Part shown: one piece after another, positions 1 through 9,394 of the stretch
Position numbering within the stretch: the first letter of the stretch is position 1
How the letters are laid out: each line of letters opens with the position of its first letter
Assembly: GCA_021647705.1 (NCBI GenBank)
Contig: JAKIUF010000004.1
Location: forward strand, 74,878 to 138,877
Source: Gammaproteobacteria bacterium
Lineage (GTDB): Bacteria > Pseudomonadota > Gammaproteobacteria > SZUA-152
Direction of reading: 5' to 3'
Length of the DNA: 64,000 nucleotides
Translations under genes and position numbers: made by a program
The notes under the pieces: generated by a model
What the model saw: only the letters and a program-made list of their open reading frames with translations
The model's database searches: none
What the model was told of the DNA's origin: nothing

Positions 1-105
1 TTTATAAAATCATAAACTTACGGTTCTGCTCAAAAATAACCTGGACCACAAAGTGAGCGTATTCGATATACAAATATTATATGCTTAAAAAATTATGGAA
101 GATAA

Positions 106-435
106 ATGGAACTTGAAATTTTTATAAAAGAGACTTTGGTTCAAGTATCAAATGGCATTAAATCAGCAAATGAAGATTTAGCGCCAGAAAGAAAAAAAGA
201 AGACGGTACAAATTTACCAAAACTATTTTTACTTTCTCCTGGTAAAAACCAAGATCTAGGTAGTGGCATTCACTTTGATGTTGCCGTTACAACCAAAACA
301 AACGATGAAGGCGGTGGCGGCGCTAAAGTAAAATTGGCAATTTTTGAAGCTGACCTCGGCGGTAAACTCAAATCATCAGGGCAAGCTGTTTCAAGAATTC
401 AGTTTTCTATAAATGTAAATCAGTGGCATGGTTAA
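106..435 (+). CDS. Trypco2-like hypothetical protein, probable former integron cassette gene
   Basis: The pattern MELxxFIKETLVQV...IHFDVAVTT...GGGAKVKL...SRIQFSI resembles trypsin-co-occurring domain 2 proteins. Flanked by TTATATGC (77-84) and GCAGATAAC (443-451), a near-complementary R'/R'' pair. Confidence 0.6.
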   Translation: MELEIFIKETLVQVSNGIKSANEDLAPERKKEDGTNLPKLFLLSPGKNQDLGSGIHFDVAVTTKTNDEGGGGAKVKLAIFEADLGGKLKSSGQAVSRIQFSINVNQWHG

Positions 436-506
436 TAAAAAAGCAGATAACAAGTCACTGCGGTTGACCAATAATACGCCGCTTCACTCAACCAAACAAA
501 ATAAAA

Positions 507-1227
507 CTAGAGAGCGTTTAAAAGCCATTTTATCGAGTGATTGCGGGGTAACGGCGAAGGACAATCGTCGTTTTGTGGAAGAAGTGCTGTGAATAACTCG
601 AACGGGCCCACCCTGGTGAGACTTACCGGCGTACTTTGGCCATTGACACCGAGTGTATGTGCGTTATAACCGCTGGTCACATAAGGGAGTCTGGACACGG
701 GTTTTTGAGTGAGCCGGATTTGAAATACTTGATGGTCGATGGAAGTATTGTACGGGTGCATCAACATGGCGCACCCAAAAAAAGAACAAAAAACGGAAGC
801 GGTAGGCAAGTCACGCGGAGGATTGAGCACAAAGACCCATGCGGCGGTGAATGGATTAGGTAATCCAGTACGCCTGTTATTAACCAGAGGACAAGCCTCG
901 GAATATGGCCAATCTCAAGCACTTATTGAAGGATATAGGGCATAGCATGTACTGGGAGACAAAGGCTATGATTCAGATGAATTTATCTGTACGGTAGAAA
1001 TGAGTGGTGCCGTGCCTAGTAGTACCACCGAGGAAAAACAGAAAATGGGCAAGAGAATATGACAAGGACATTCATAAAGAGCGTAATTTGGTGGAACGGT
1101 CTTTTCAGAAGGCAAAACACTTCCGTCGCATCGCCACCCGCTATGAGCTGTTGGGAAGAAACTATTTGGCCATGCTCAGTTTGGTTGCCTCGGTCATTTG
1201 GCTGGCTTAATTGAGAATGCCCTCTAG
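507..1227 (+). mobile_element. IS5-family (IS427-like) insertion sequence, degenerate
   Basis: CTAG at both ends (507-510, 1224-1227) with imperfect inverted repeats (ctagagagcgtt / aatgccctctag). Transposase motifs MVDGSIVRVHQH, GKSRGGLSTKTH, LGDKGYDSD, ERNLVER..K.FRRIATRY are spread over several frames, with an in-frame TAG at 943-945. Confidence 0.9.
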
Positions 1228-1234
1228 GTAATAT

Positions 1235-1534
1235 TTGTGTTTAGCTAGTTTTAAGGGGTCGAAAATTAATATTCCAATTAAAAAAAAAAGATATATAGCT
1301 ATAGTTTGGATTTTACTTTGGTTGCCTATTAGTCAGTTATTTCCAGAAAATAGCCACTTTCCCTTAGGGCCAATGTTAGCGCCAGTTACAGCATGGTTAG
1401 CACCATTTTCTGTAGGGTCTCAAAGTAACTTTTTATTTGACCTTCAGTATTTATACTTCCCAGCATTATTTTTTTGGGGGGGAGGCTTTATGTCAGTGTA
1501 TTGGATAAATAAACTATCTGGAGGAGTGAAATAG
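1235..1534 (+). CDS. Small hydrophobic membrane protein, hypothetical (5' end possibly clipped by the IS)
   Basis: Hydrophobic segments; stop codon lies 1 nt before the next ATG (1536). Confidence 0.45.
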   Translation: MCLASFKGSKINIPIKKKRYIAIVWILLWLPISQLFPENSHFPLGPMLAPVTAWLAPFSVGSQSNFLFDLQYLYFPALFFWGGGFMSVYWINKLSGGVK

Positions 1535-1535
1535 T

Positions 1536-2338
1536 ATGAAATATGATGGGCACGTAAAGATAACGAGAAAGGCCATGGAAAAACTGAAAAATAATTGCCC
1601 TATTTCAACTGGTATATGCAATGCCCCTATGTTTGAAAAGGCGAGAAGGGTTTGGCTGAGCGATGAAAAAAAAGTAATCCTTCCGATAATTATTCGTCTG
1701 CAATAGTTAATTATATAACCCATAGTATTACCCCTGATATTATAAGGCTGGCTTCTCTTCCCGATGTCGTAGCATTTGTTGATCTAAAGGAAAGGTGGAC
1801 TCACGAACACCCTGACGGGCAGCGCTATCATTTTATGCGTGCACCTGGGGAGTCGAGCAAACAAGCGTTTGATAACGGTGTAAGATTTATCAAAACACAC
1901 ACTGAAAATTGGGTGGAAATGGCAATAGTATCGATGGAAAGTGATGTTAAAAATAATAGACCTTTACAAAATGCCACCTGGAAAAATACACGCACTTATG
2001 TTTGGGAGTTAGCGCTGGCTCTACATGCTCTTCAAGACTCATTTTCTCCTGGGCACGTGAGTAGAAAAAAAACCGTTAAACTAGCGCCAGATCATCCAGG
2101 CATTACAAATTGGTCTGCACCTGTATCGGAACTGTACATCTATTCGGAACAAGACCATGACAAACATGGAGAGCACGATTATAACTCTGGAGGCACGGAT
2201 TCTAAATGGGGGAATGCGGCAGTCAATGCTTCAATTTCACTAATGTCTGTGGGTATAGTATCTATCGCACAGAAAAACAAAAATCTTGTTGGCTGGGACC
2301 AATTTAAACTGAAGTGGCTGAAATCATCTTTACAATGA
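1536..2338 (+). pseudogene. Zn-dependent phospholipase C/P1-nuclease/Het-C-like protein, frameshifted in an A8 tract
   Basis: GGAGGA RBS at 1520-1525 and ATG at 1536 (MKYDGHVKITRKAM). One extra A in the run at 1666-1673 joins it to the frame with YHFMR, LHALQDSFSPGH and HDKHGEHD, giving about 267 aa. Confidence 0.7.
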
Positions 2339-2394
2339 TGTTCATGTACGTGATATAGAGCAATCAAGCCTATTTTGCTTTCTTATTTAGTTTT

Positions 2395-2885
2395 CTGACC
2401 AAAGTTACGAACACCGCAAACAATGGGTGGTGGATAAACTCGCTGAATTAGCCGGTGTTTTTTCTATCGATGTCTGTGCTTATGCCGTCACCACCCCGGA
2501 AACCTCAGACTACACATCCATTCAGGCACGGATACGAGCCCATCAAAGCTCGACCTCACCCCCTGAACAAGATCAAGCTCAATCACACTCCTCCCCGACG
2601 ACCGTCAAACTGGCCGATTTCATTGGAGATGAACACAAAGAACAACCCGAAGGCATCGCCTTTTCATACCCGGATTACCTGGAACTCGTGGACTGGAGTG
2701 GTCGGGCCATACGCGATGATAAAGCTGGAGCGATTGCTGACAACTTACCGCCCATATTAGCTAGGCTGGGGATTGAACAACAAAGCTGGCTGGATATGAT
2801 CAATCACTACGAGCAACGATTCTTCAGGGCTGTAGGCGCGATGGACAAACTGAAACAGTTTGCCCATCGGTTAGGCCAGTGTTGA
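2395..2885 (+). pseudogene. RAYT/Y1 (IS200-like HUH) transposase relic with internal deletion
   Basis: QSYEHRKQWVVDKLAELAGVFSIDVCAYAV runs straight into TTPETSDYTSIQARI, so the expected MSNHxH HUH segment is missing. The C-terminal DYLELVDWSGRAIRDDK.GAI motif is retained. Confidence 0.8.
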
Positions 2886-3037
2886 ATGAAAGGGCAGCCT
2901 GCGGACAAGTGCGCTTATAAACAGACACTGCCCACATAACCCTCAATCATTTTCTTCAGGTTTTTATTTTCAGGTCGTCTGAGTAACAGGCGAAGGTCTT
3001 CTGTTGCCTTATATTTGATTATTATATTTCTTATTAT

Positions 3038-3079
3038 TTGACAAAACCTCTCTCAGGAATTAAAGTCTAGTCATACTAG
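3038..3079 (+). promoter_or_regulatory. sigma70 promoter with overlapping TA operator palindrome
   Basis: TTGACA (3038-3043), 17-bp spacer, TAAAGT (3061-3066), then the inverted repeat CTAGT-cat-ACTAG (3067-3079). Confidence 0.75.
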
Positions 3080-3099
3080 TCCGTTAAATAGATGTAATT

Positions 3100-3354
3100 A
3101 TGAAAAATAATACATGGCAATTACAAGAAGCAAAGAGCAAATTTAGCCAGCTGGTTGAAGATGCAATGAATAAGGAACCACAAATCGTCACAAAACATGG
3201 TGACAAAGCAGTAGTGGTTTTATCATTTGAGGAATATATTAAAATCACTAAGCCACAAACGGATTTGATAAGATTTTTGAGAGAGTCTCCATTGGCAAAA
3301 GTGACACTTGAAGCTACAAGGAGTAAAGATATCCCAAGGGATATCAGCTTATGA
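3100..3354 (+). CDS. Phd/YefM family antitoxin
   Basis: WQLQEAKSKFSQLV...PQIVTKHG..AVVVLS motif; ATGA overlap with the toxin gene. Confidence 0.92.
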   Translation: MKNNTWQLQEAKSKFSQLVEDAMNKEPQIVTKHGDKAVVVLSFEEYIKITKPQTDLIRFLRESPLAKVTLEATRSKDIPRDISL

Positions 3355-3779
3355 AATATCTTCTTGATACCTGTGTAATTTCAGAAATTATAAAACCGAA
3401 AGCTGATAGAAAGGTTATCGGGTGGCTAAAAAAGCAAGATGAAGCAAATTTATATCTCAGTGTGCTCACATTTGGTGAGATTGAAAAAGACATTGAAAAA
3501 TCAGTTGATGGAAGGAAAAAAAATAAACTTAGATTGTGGGTCGAGGAAGACCTAAAGCAACGTTTTGAAGGGCGAATACTCCCAATAGATATGCAAGTCG
3601 CATCTAAGTGGGGAAAAATACAAGGTAAGTCAGAGGCAGCAGGTAAACCGCTCCCTTCAATTGATGGCTTAATAGCGGTTACAGGACTAGTAAATAATTG
3701 TGTTGTAGTTACAAGAAATATATCGGATATGGAACAAAGCTCAGTGGCATTACACAACCCTTGGGATAATAATACATAA
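3351..3779 (+). CDS. vapC: VapC family PIN-domain toxin
   Basis: YLLDTCVISE, SVLTFGEI, IDGLIA, VVVTRN..D PIN motifs. Confidence 0.92.
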   Translation: MKYLLDTCVISEIIKPKADRKVIGWLKKQDEANLYLSVLTFGEIEKDIEKSVDGRKKNKLRLWVEEDLKQRFEGRILPIDMQVASKWGKIQGKSEAAGKPLPSIDGLIAVTGLVNNCVVVTRNISDMEQSSVALHNPWDNNT

Positions 3780-3807
3780 CAAGACGCTTTAACCACCTGG
3801 TTATAGG
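3774..3807 (+). other. Internally deleted attC relic
   Basis: ACATAAC (R'', containing the vapC stop) followed by AAGACGCTT and GTTATAGG (R'). At 34 bp it is too short to be a functional attC. Confidence 0.55.
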
Positions 3808-3830
3808 CGACCTTATAAGGCTCCCCCACT

Positions 3831-4184
3831 ATGAAACGACTGCTAGTATTTCTTTTTGTTGGTTTTGGCCTTTATCAAGCTTGGCAAGAAGTTTCTACAT
3901 GGGGTGGCATTGAGCCTCTGTATGCCGAGTCATACGTTGTAGTGTATGGCAGAGACTCTTGTGGCTGGACGCAAAAAATGATCAGGGACCTGGAAGCATC
4001 CAATGTCGATTATTATTACCGCATCGTCGACGAAACGTCTACTGCAGACGTGCTACATTCGAGAATGGAACAGTCAGGCATCTCTACACGTCGCTATAAT
4101 TTGCCGGTAGTAGACGTCAATGGACAACTCAGCGTGAGACCTGATGTTAACGATATTCTTCCTCTATACAAAGAAGCCCTATAA
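3831..4184 (+). CDS. Glutaredoxin-like protein with N-terminal anchor, cassette-borne
   Basis: VVVYGRDSCGWT and LPVVDVNG thioredoxin-fold motifs. Bounded by GTTATAGG (3800-3807) and its exact complement CCTATAAC (4178-4185), which contains the stop codon. Confidence 0.75.
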   Translation: MKRLLVFLFVGFGLYQAWQEVSTWGGIEPLYAESYVVVYGRDSCGWTQKMIRDLEASNVDYYYRIVDETSTADVLHSRMEQSGISTRRYNLPVVDVNGQLSVRPDVNDILPLYKEAL

Positions 4185-4350
4185 CCGTATCAATGAGCTC
4201 AGACTTTCGATTAATTTTAAAAATATTGAAAAGTTATGAACTACTCACGAAGCAGTGTCGAAAGAATGAGAAGAAAGGTTAAAAAAATTGGAAATTATCG
4301 AAAATCAAATGAGCCTGACTCCATCTATATATTGAGAAATATCGAGCTCA

Positions 4351-4384
4351 ACTTGGGTATGGTTATATATTGCCATACCCAAGT
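4351..4384. terminator. 12-bp hairpin downstream of the cysteine hydrolase gene
   Basis: ACTTGGGTATGG ... CCATACCCAAGT perfect inverted repeat. Confidence 0.55.
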
Positions 4385-4396
4385 GACCAACGTTTA

Positions 4397-4960
4397 TTAG
4401 GGATTAATGCCAAATTTTTCGGTTAAAAAACTGTTTAATGGGGTGATTTTAGAGATGAGGGTTAGCTCAGCCAAGGCAATTTTATGCACGGTTTCTCCGG
4501 GTATAATAGTCCCGTCAAATTCAAGTGAGCGTGTTGCACAAGAATCTTGAATGATCGTAGTTTCAAAACCTCTTTCCATTGCGGCTCTTGCTGTTGTACT
4601 CACACACATGTGAGTCATCATTCCAGCAAGCACTAAATGTTTAATATTGTTCTCTTTTAAATATTCTTCTAGCTTCGTCTGCCAAAAGGCGTTGGGATAG
4701 TGTTTGGTAAAACAAGCCTCATCACCTGAAGGTTTAATACTATCGTGGATTTTTTGTCCAAAGCTTCCTGGTAGCATTAACCCCATTTCTTGCTTGGTCG
4801 TTTCGTGTTGAATATGAACGATGGGTAATTTTTTATCCCTGAAAATATCGAGTAAACGACGAGCTTTTGTTGCTGCATCAATTACCTCATCCAGCACTAG
4901 TGCGCCGTTAGGAAAATAGTCATTTTGAATATCAATTATCACTATTGCCGTGTTCTTCAT
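4397..4960 (-). CDS. Isochorismatase-family cysteine hydrolase
   Basis: IIDIQNDYF, K.YPNAF, AGMMTHMCV (D-K-C triad). Confidence 0.92.
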   Translation of the reverse strand: MKNTAIVIIDIQNDYFPNGALVLDEVIDAATKARRLLDIFRDKKLPIVHIQHETTKQEMGLMLPGSFGQKIHDSIKPSGDEACFTKHYPNAFWQTKLEEYLKENNIKHLVLAGMMTHMCVSTTARAAMERGFETTIIQDSCATRSLEFDGTIIPGETVHKIALAELTLISKITPLNSFLTEKFGINP

Positions 4961-5017
4961 TTTAATTTCTCCCCTGGGTTAATGGAGAATAGGTTATAGA
5001 CATCGAGAAAAAAAAGA

Positions 5018-5977
5018 ATGGCTAAAAAGGACTTTAAATGGTTAAATAACGCCATCATGAAAAATAAGTTGACGTTGTATATTCTTAATTATCCGGATGC
5101 GATGTCGTCAGCAATGACCGGCATAAAAGATATTTTCACTATCGCCAACCATCAGGCAGAGCGGGAATTATTCTCAGTTCATCCTTTAACGTCAATAGTG
5201 CCAAAAACTCGCGGGGAGCAAAGAGTTGTATTTATTCCACCGTGCTTGAGCAAGCAGTTACCTTCATTTTCTGACCCTGACATATTGGCATTACTAAGCC
5301 GCTGGCATAAGTCTGGAGCGGTTCTCGTTGCGGCTTGTGCGGGTGTCTTTTGGCTGGCTAATGCGGGATTATTGGACGGAAAACAAGCAACAACACATTG
5401 GAGGCTTTGCCAGCGACTATCTGATGGTTATCCGGCAATCAAGCAGGTCAGTGGCCGGGAGATGGTGGTTGACCAAGGAGATATAGTGACTGCCGCTGGT
5501 CTATATGCCTTTCAGGACTTGTCATTACACCTTATAGCGAGATTCTCAGGGTTTGAATTGGCCAAAAAAGTATCAGATTTTTGCTTGCTTGATCTTAATG
5601 GTAGGCTACAGGCGTACTACCAAAGATTTTATCCAGACTTTTCGCATGGTGATACATTAATGGTCAAAGCACAGCAATTTTGTTCTAGCCATCTTTGTCC
5701 AAGCATGAGTGTTTCACAGATTGCTAGTCACTGTCACATAAGTGAACGGACTTTGTTGCGTCGTTTTAAAGAGGCAACGGGTTTTACTCCAAAGCAATAT
5801 ATTATTCAGTTGAAAATTGAAAAAGCAAAACAGTTTATGGCGTTAGGAAAAATTAGTATTGATGAAATTGGCTATAATCTTGGTTACTCAGATACCAGTA
5901 ACTTTATAAAGATCTTTAAAAAAATTGCAGGGGTAACCCCCGCGGAATTCAGGGCTAAGCAAAGAATATTAAATTAG
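5018..5977 (+). CDS. GlxA-family regulator (DJ-1/PfpI + AraC HTH); start may be 5057
   Basis: AACAGVFWLANAGLLDGKQATTHW plus a C-terminal AraC HTH; divergent from the hydrolase gene. Confidence 0.92.
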   Translation: MAKKDFKWLNNAIMKNKLTLYILNYPDAMSSAMTGIKDIFTIANHQAERELFSVHPLTSIVPKTRGEQRVVFIPPCLSKQLPSFSDPDILALLSRWHKSGAVLVAACAGVFWLANAGLLDGKQATTHWRLCQRLSDGYPAIKQVSGREMVVDQGDIVTAAGLYAFQDLSLHLIARFSGFELAKKVSDFCLLDLNGRLQAYYQRFYPDFSHGDTLMVKAQQFCSSHLCPSMSVSQIASHCHISERTLLRRFKEATGFTPKQYIIQLKIEKAKQFMALGKISIDEIGYNLGYSDTSNFIKIFKKIAGVTPAEFRAKQRILN

Positions 5978-6048
5978 TCGTAAATATGTCTTATGTGGTA
6001 GAAATGCTCTTCTCACAACAACGTCCATGGGGTGTTGACATCCCCATG

Positions 6049-6996
6049 TTATTTTTCAGACTCAAAAACTGCTTCCAAAAACCTTGTTTTCGATATGTTA
6101 CTGACGTCCTCCGCAATTTGCATCATTTGCCAATGTTTGTTCACATTATCCGTGCCAGGAGTATCGATGTGATATTTCCAGAAACGCCAACAAGAGGTTG
6201 CAGCTGCCGCGTACTGAACAAATATTTGTAAGGTTTCTTTTTCTGTCTGCTCTAATTTTCTGACTTGTTGGTATCCACTGACCAGAGCGTGCGCCTTATC
6301 AAGCACCACGGTCGCATTTTCGACACACAGCCCGAGAATTCCCATCCCTAGATCAAATGCTTTGTAATAGTGACAAGCTTCTTCAAAATCGATAATTGCT
6401 CTGAATTTTTTTTCCTCAAATATCACATTGTCATAAAACAAATCACCATGAATCAGCCCACAAGGCAGGCTGCTCAGGATGTTTTGTTTAAGATAATCGT
6501 GCTGTTTCGCCAGCCAGGATTCATACTCTGTATTGATATTACGACCAATGACATTTGAAAAAACCTGTAGCCCGTAGGCGTGTTTATCAGGTAAAAAATC
6601 AGGTGCAGGCACCTCATGTAATCGGGCCATTTCCATGCCCACCTGGTGCAACATATCATCATCCAGATTTTCACAAACCTGTCCATTTACATAGGCCTTC
6701 AACATCACAGGTTTATTCCTGTATTTTGTGATGACAGGTTGATTTATGGGAGGCAACAGACGTGTAGCGGGAAAATTGTGTGTTTTAAGCAGTAACAGTA
6801 AATGGCCCATGTTGGCCGCATCGCTCAGGCTTTTATCATCGCAAACGGTTAATACATATTTACCATTCCCAGTGTGCAACAAATAACTGGAATTGCCTGC
6901 GCCACCGTCAATAACCTCAAAGCGGGTGACCACAAGGTTATAATCGGCGGTTATTTTCTGGATGTCACTTTGATGCAGTTGTGTATATCTGGCCAT
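6049..6996 (-). CDS. Type II homoserine kinase-like (APH-family) phosphotransferase
   Basis: MARYT, GxGNSSY, GKYVLT, GLIHGDLFYDNV, IIDFEEAC motifs. Confidence 0.85.
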   Translation of the reverse strand: MARYTQLHQSDIQKITADYNLVVTRFEVIDGGAGNSSYLLHTGNGKYVLTVCDDKSLSDAANMGHLLLLLKTHNFPATRLLPPINQPVITKYRNKPVMLKAYVNGQVCENLDDDMLHQVGMEMARLHEVPAPDFLPDKHAYGLQVFSNVIGRNINTEYESWLAKQHDYLKQNILSSLPCGLIHGDLFYDNVIFEEKKFRAIIDFEEACHYYKAFDLGMGILGLCVENATVVLDKAHALVSGYQQVRKLEQTEKETLQIFVQYAAAATSCWRFWKYHIDTPGTDNVNKHWQMMQIAEDVSNISKTRFLEAVFESEK

Positions 6997-7126
6997 TATG
7001 ATTTATAACATTTTCTCTGTAAAATGGTTTGCTAGAAGTTTCTGGCGGACTGGTCAGGGAATATGTATGCCCCTGACCGGTAGAATCATTTTCCTTGGCG
7101 GAAAAAGTTTGATGTTTCTCAAGAAA

Positions 7127-7900
7127 CTATCCTGATTGTGCATATGCCAGTTGATCAGGCCGTTCGAGATCCGGCTCATGAGAATAGCCTATCAGTAGCG
7201 TGTCACGAATGGCCTGTTTGCGAGGGTTCTCCGGGAGAAGGGCGCTGACTCCGTGCATGACCCGCGGATCCCACAGAATCATCGAATCCATGGGTTGGCT
7301 CAATGTGCAGCTTTCCAGTGGATTTCGGTCATTGTCATAAATGGTGCTGATACCACCAACAGCATTTTTTCGACTAACAAGATGTATGCAAACAAAATCA
7401 TTTTCGTCGTGATGAATTCCTTCAGGCGTGGGCAAGCCTTCGACATCTGGTGTGCCCACAACTCGTATTTGATGCACGTCAAGCCTCCATGGTTGTCGAG
7501 CCTTTTTCAGGCTCACCGGGAGCTGACAAAAATTAAATTTAATCAGATTATGGAGAAATTTATTTTGGAGTGTCGAATCTAGCAATGGCGCAAAATCACG
7601 TTCAATGCCGCCCGCATAGCTATTGAGTTCACTCGACTGGAAATAAGGTGTTGGAGGATAAGGCAAAATTTCTCCAGTGTCTGGTAGAAAATAAATGTAG
7701 GCAAACCGTCGTAGCCTAAAGCAGGCATTATCTTTCAGGTAGTTATCCGCCTGCAAATCATTCCAACCCATCGAAAAATGATGCCAGTCATCCAGCAATC
7801 GTGGGGCCACAGAAAAATCATCGGCCAAAATTTTTGCATATTTATTCTCCTTTAACTCAGAACAAATATCCAAATTAGTCGTAATCGGGTTTTTGACCAT
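7127..7900 (-). CDS. 2OG-Fe(II) dioxygenase, BsmA/isoleucine-dioxygenase-like family
   Basis: DNYL..RLRRF, YFQS..LN..GGIERDF, VHQIR, PTPEGIHHD (HxD), MHGVS, RDTLLI. Confidence 0.85.
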   Translation of the reverse strand: MVKNPITTNLDICSELKENKYAKILADDFSVAPRLLDDWHHFSMGWNDLQADNYLKDNACFRLRRFAYIYFLPDTGEILPYPPTPYFQSSELNSYAGGIERDFAPLLDSTLQNKFLHNLIKFNFCQLPVSLKKARQPWRLDVHQIRVVGTPDVEGLPTPEGIHHDENDFVCIHLVSRKNAVGGISTIYDNDRNPLESCTLSQPMDSMILWDPRVMHGVSALLPENPRKQAIRDTLLIGYSHEPDLERPDQLAYAQSG

Positions 7901-8243
7901 TTACCTTTTTTCCTTTTTTGGTAATTGATAAGACAAGCACTCATTACTGCCATAAAATTTCTGCATCGTTAAATAGAATGGCTGAAATGTAAGGGACGTA
8001 CACAAGTCAGAATGCAAAAGACCATCCCGGGCGACGTGCAGAGTTAATGCTATTGATGTGTGAGGGTTTAAACGATGACAGGTTTTTTTGTTATGCTTCT
8101 GCTGGCTTTATCGTTGGTCGATGACTAATGATTTTTGCCTTTATATTTTTTCCTGTATTACATTTTACTCATTTATGCCTATATTTTTCTTTGGGCTAAT
8201 TACTCATTTTTTTACCTTTTATTTTTTCATTAACCGCTAACAG

Positions 8244-8312
8244 CGGGCATCAGGAAGTGGCATGTTTCTGTTATCCGGTTCCCCGCTGCCTGACCCGGAG
8301 CGCACAGTACCA
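8244..8312 (-). promoter_or_regulatory. Extended -10 promoter followed by a GC-rich 5' hairpin (candidate cis-regulatory RNA)
   Basis: On the minus strand: TGgTACTGT, then CGGGTCAGGCAGCGG...CCACTTCCTGATGCCCG forming a bulged stem in AT-rich DNA. Confidence 0.4.
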
Positions 8313-8436
8313 TAAAGTAATGTTTTATGAGTGTTTTTCTTATCCAGAAAGACCGAAAACAAACTCGTGGTTTTCTATAACAGTAAAAGAGCTTTCTTTG
8401 TTGTTAAGCTGGTATCGCTCACAAGGGATGAGGCTT

Positions 8437-8650
8437 ATACCACGTAAACCACGTTTTTCTTGCCGGATGTGCCAGCTCATATTGTTCAGCGAGACACCAT
8501 CGTGAGTCGGTGTTTTTTAGGACAGTGATTATCAGGTCTATCTCTGCTGGTTGTTGGAGGCGGCTGAGCGTTATGATTGCGACATTCATGCTTACATGCT
8601 GATAACGAACCACATCCACATTTTATCAACGCCACATGAAACGCAGGGAA
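8437..8650 (+). pseudogene. RAYT (REP-associated Y1 transposase) N-terminal fragment
   Basis: Decayed reading xPRKPRFFLPDVPAHIVQR...DYQVYL.WL.EAAERYDCDIHAYMLITNHIHIL.TP with frameshifts and a stop. The HUH motif (HIH) is present and the C-terminus is lost. Confidence 0.85.
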
Positions 8651-8976
8651 TCAATCGAGTCTGCTCCCATCGATAATCGACTAGCAACAATTTCTGGAAA
8701 GCAAAGACAGCTTACCGGCCTGTGCCACATGTGGTTTAAAATCAACCAAAATGGTTGACGTATTACCGCAGCGTCAGGCGGCATAGCACGTTGGTTGAAG
8801 TATAATCATTTGAATCGTGAGGATTGACGGTGCCCGAAGGAAAATAAATGCGCATTGTAAAGTCAGCGGCGACATGTTGAAATGAAAGAACCCGGTATTT
8901 CCTGGGTTACACGGAGAAAAAAGACCCATTGAATGGCCATGAACCTAACAGCTTGGCGATCTCAGTGGGATGACTC

Positions 8977-9064
8977 ATCTAACAAGTCGATAAAGGCGAC
9001 ACTAAAAATAAGGTGGCGCTGCGCGTTTTGGTCTGGGGGAATGCCGCTTATCTAAGCGTTATAT
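8977..9064 (+). other. Integron attC site
   Basis: R'' ATCTAAC, L''/L' GATAAAGGCG / CCGCTTATC, R' GTTATAT; 88 bp. Confidence 0.8.
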
Positions 9065-9067
9065 GCA

Positions 9068-9391
9068 ATGAAAAATAATCAATTAACAAAAGGTGAAAAT
9101 CGCCGTGTGATGTACGTCGAAAACAAGGATGGTGACATAGACGGTGTTGATGCACGAATTGGCTGGGTTACATTCTCAAAGTCGGGACGTAGCGTTTACT
9201 ATCGAGGTAAAACACTTAAACGCGCTAAAGGCGGAGGCATAGCCGGCAATCACTTTGACGAAGAAACTGGGGAGGAGTATTGGGTTTCTGGTATTAAGAA
9301 ACGTGGGTCAAATGCACACTGGGCAGAATCCGCGAGTATCGCCGTGGATGATGACGCCAAAGAAGAATACGAGAGAATTTTGAATGAATAA
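9068..9391 (+). CDS. Conserved hypothetical protein, integron gene cassette
   Basis: RRVMYVENK, ARIGWVTFSKSGRSVYY, NHFDEETGEEYWVSG. Promoterless, starts 4 nt after R'; cassette ends GTTATATGC / GCATATAAC are exact complements. Confidence 0.85.
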   Translation: MKNNQLTKGENRRVMYVENKDGDIDGVDARIGWVTFSKSGRSVYYRGKTLKRAKGGGIAGNHFDEETGEEYWVSGIKKRGSNAHWAESASIAVDDDAKEEYERILNE

Positions 9392-9394
9392 AGC

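Noticed and set aside
6049..6996. Housekeeping thrB assignment
   Set aside because: Divergent sequence in an accessory context; the substrate cannot be fixed from sequence.
7990..8140. c-di-GMP-I, ZTP or guanidine riboswitch
   Set aside because: Only isolated fragments (GGCAAA, GCCCGGGA) are present, without the required paired elements.
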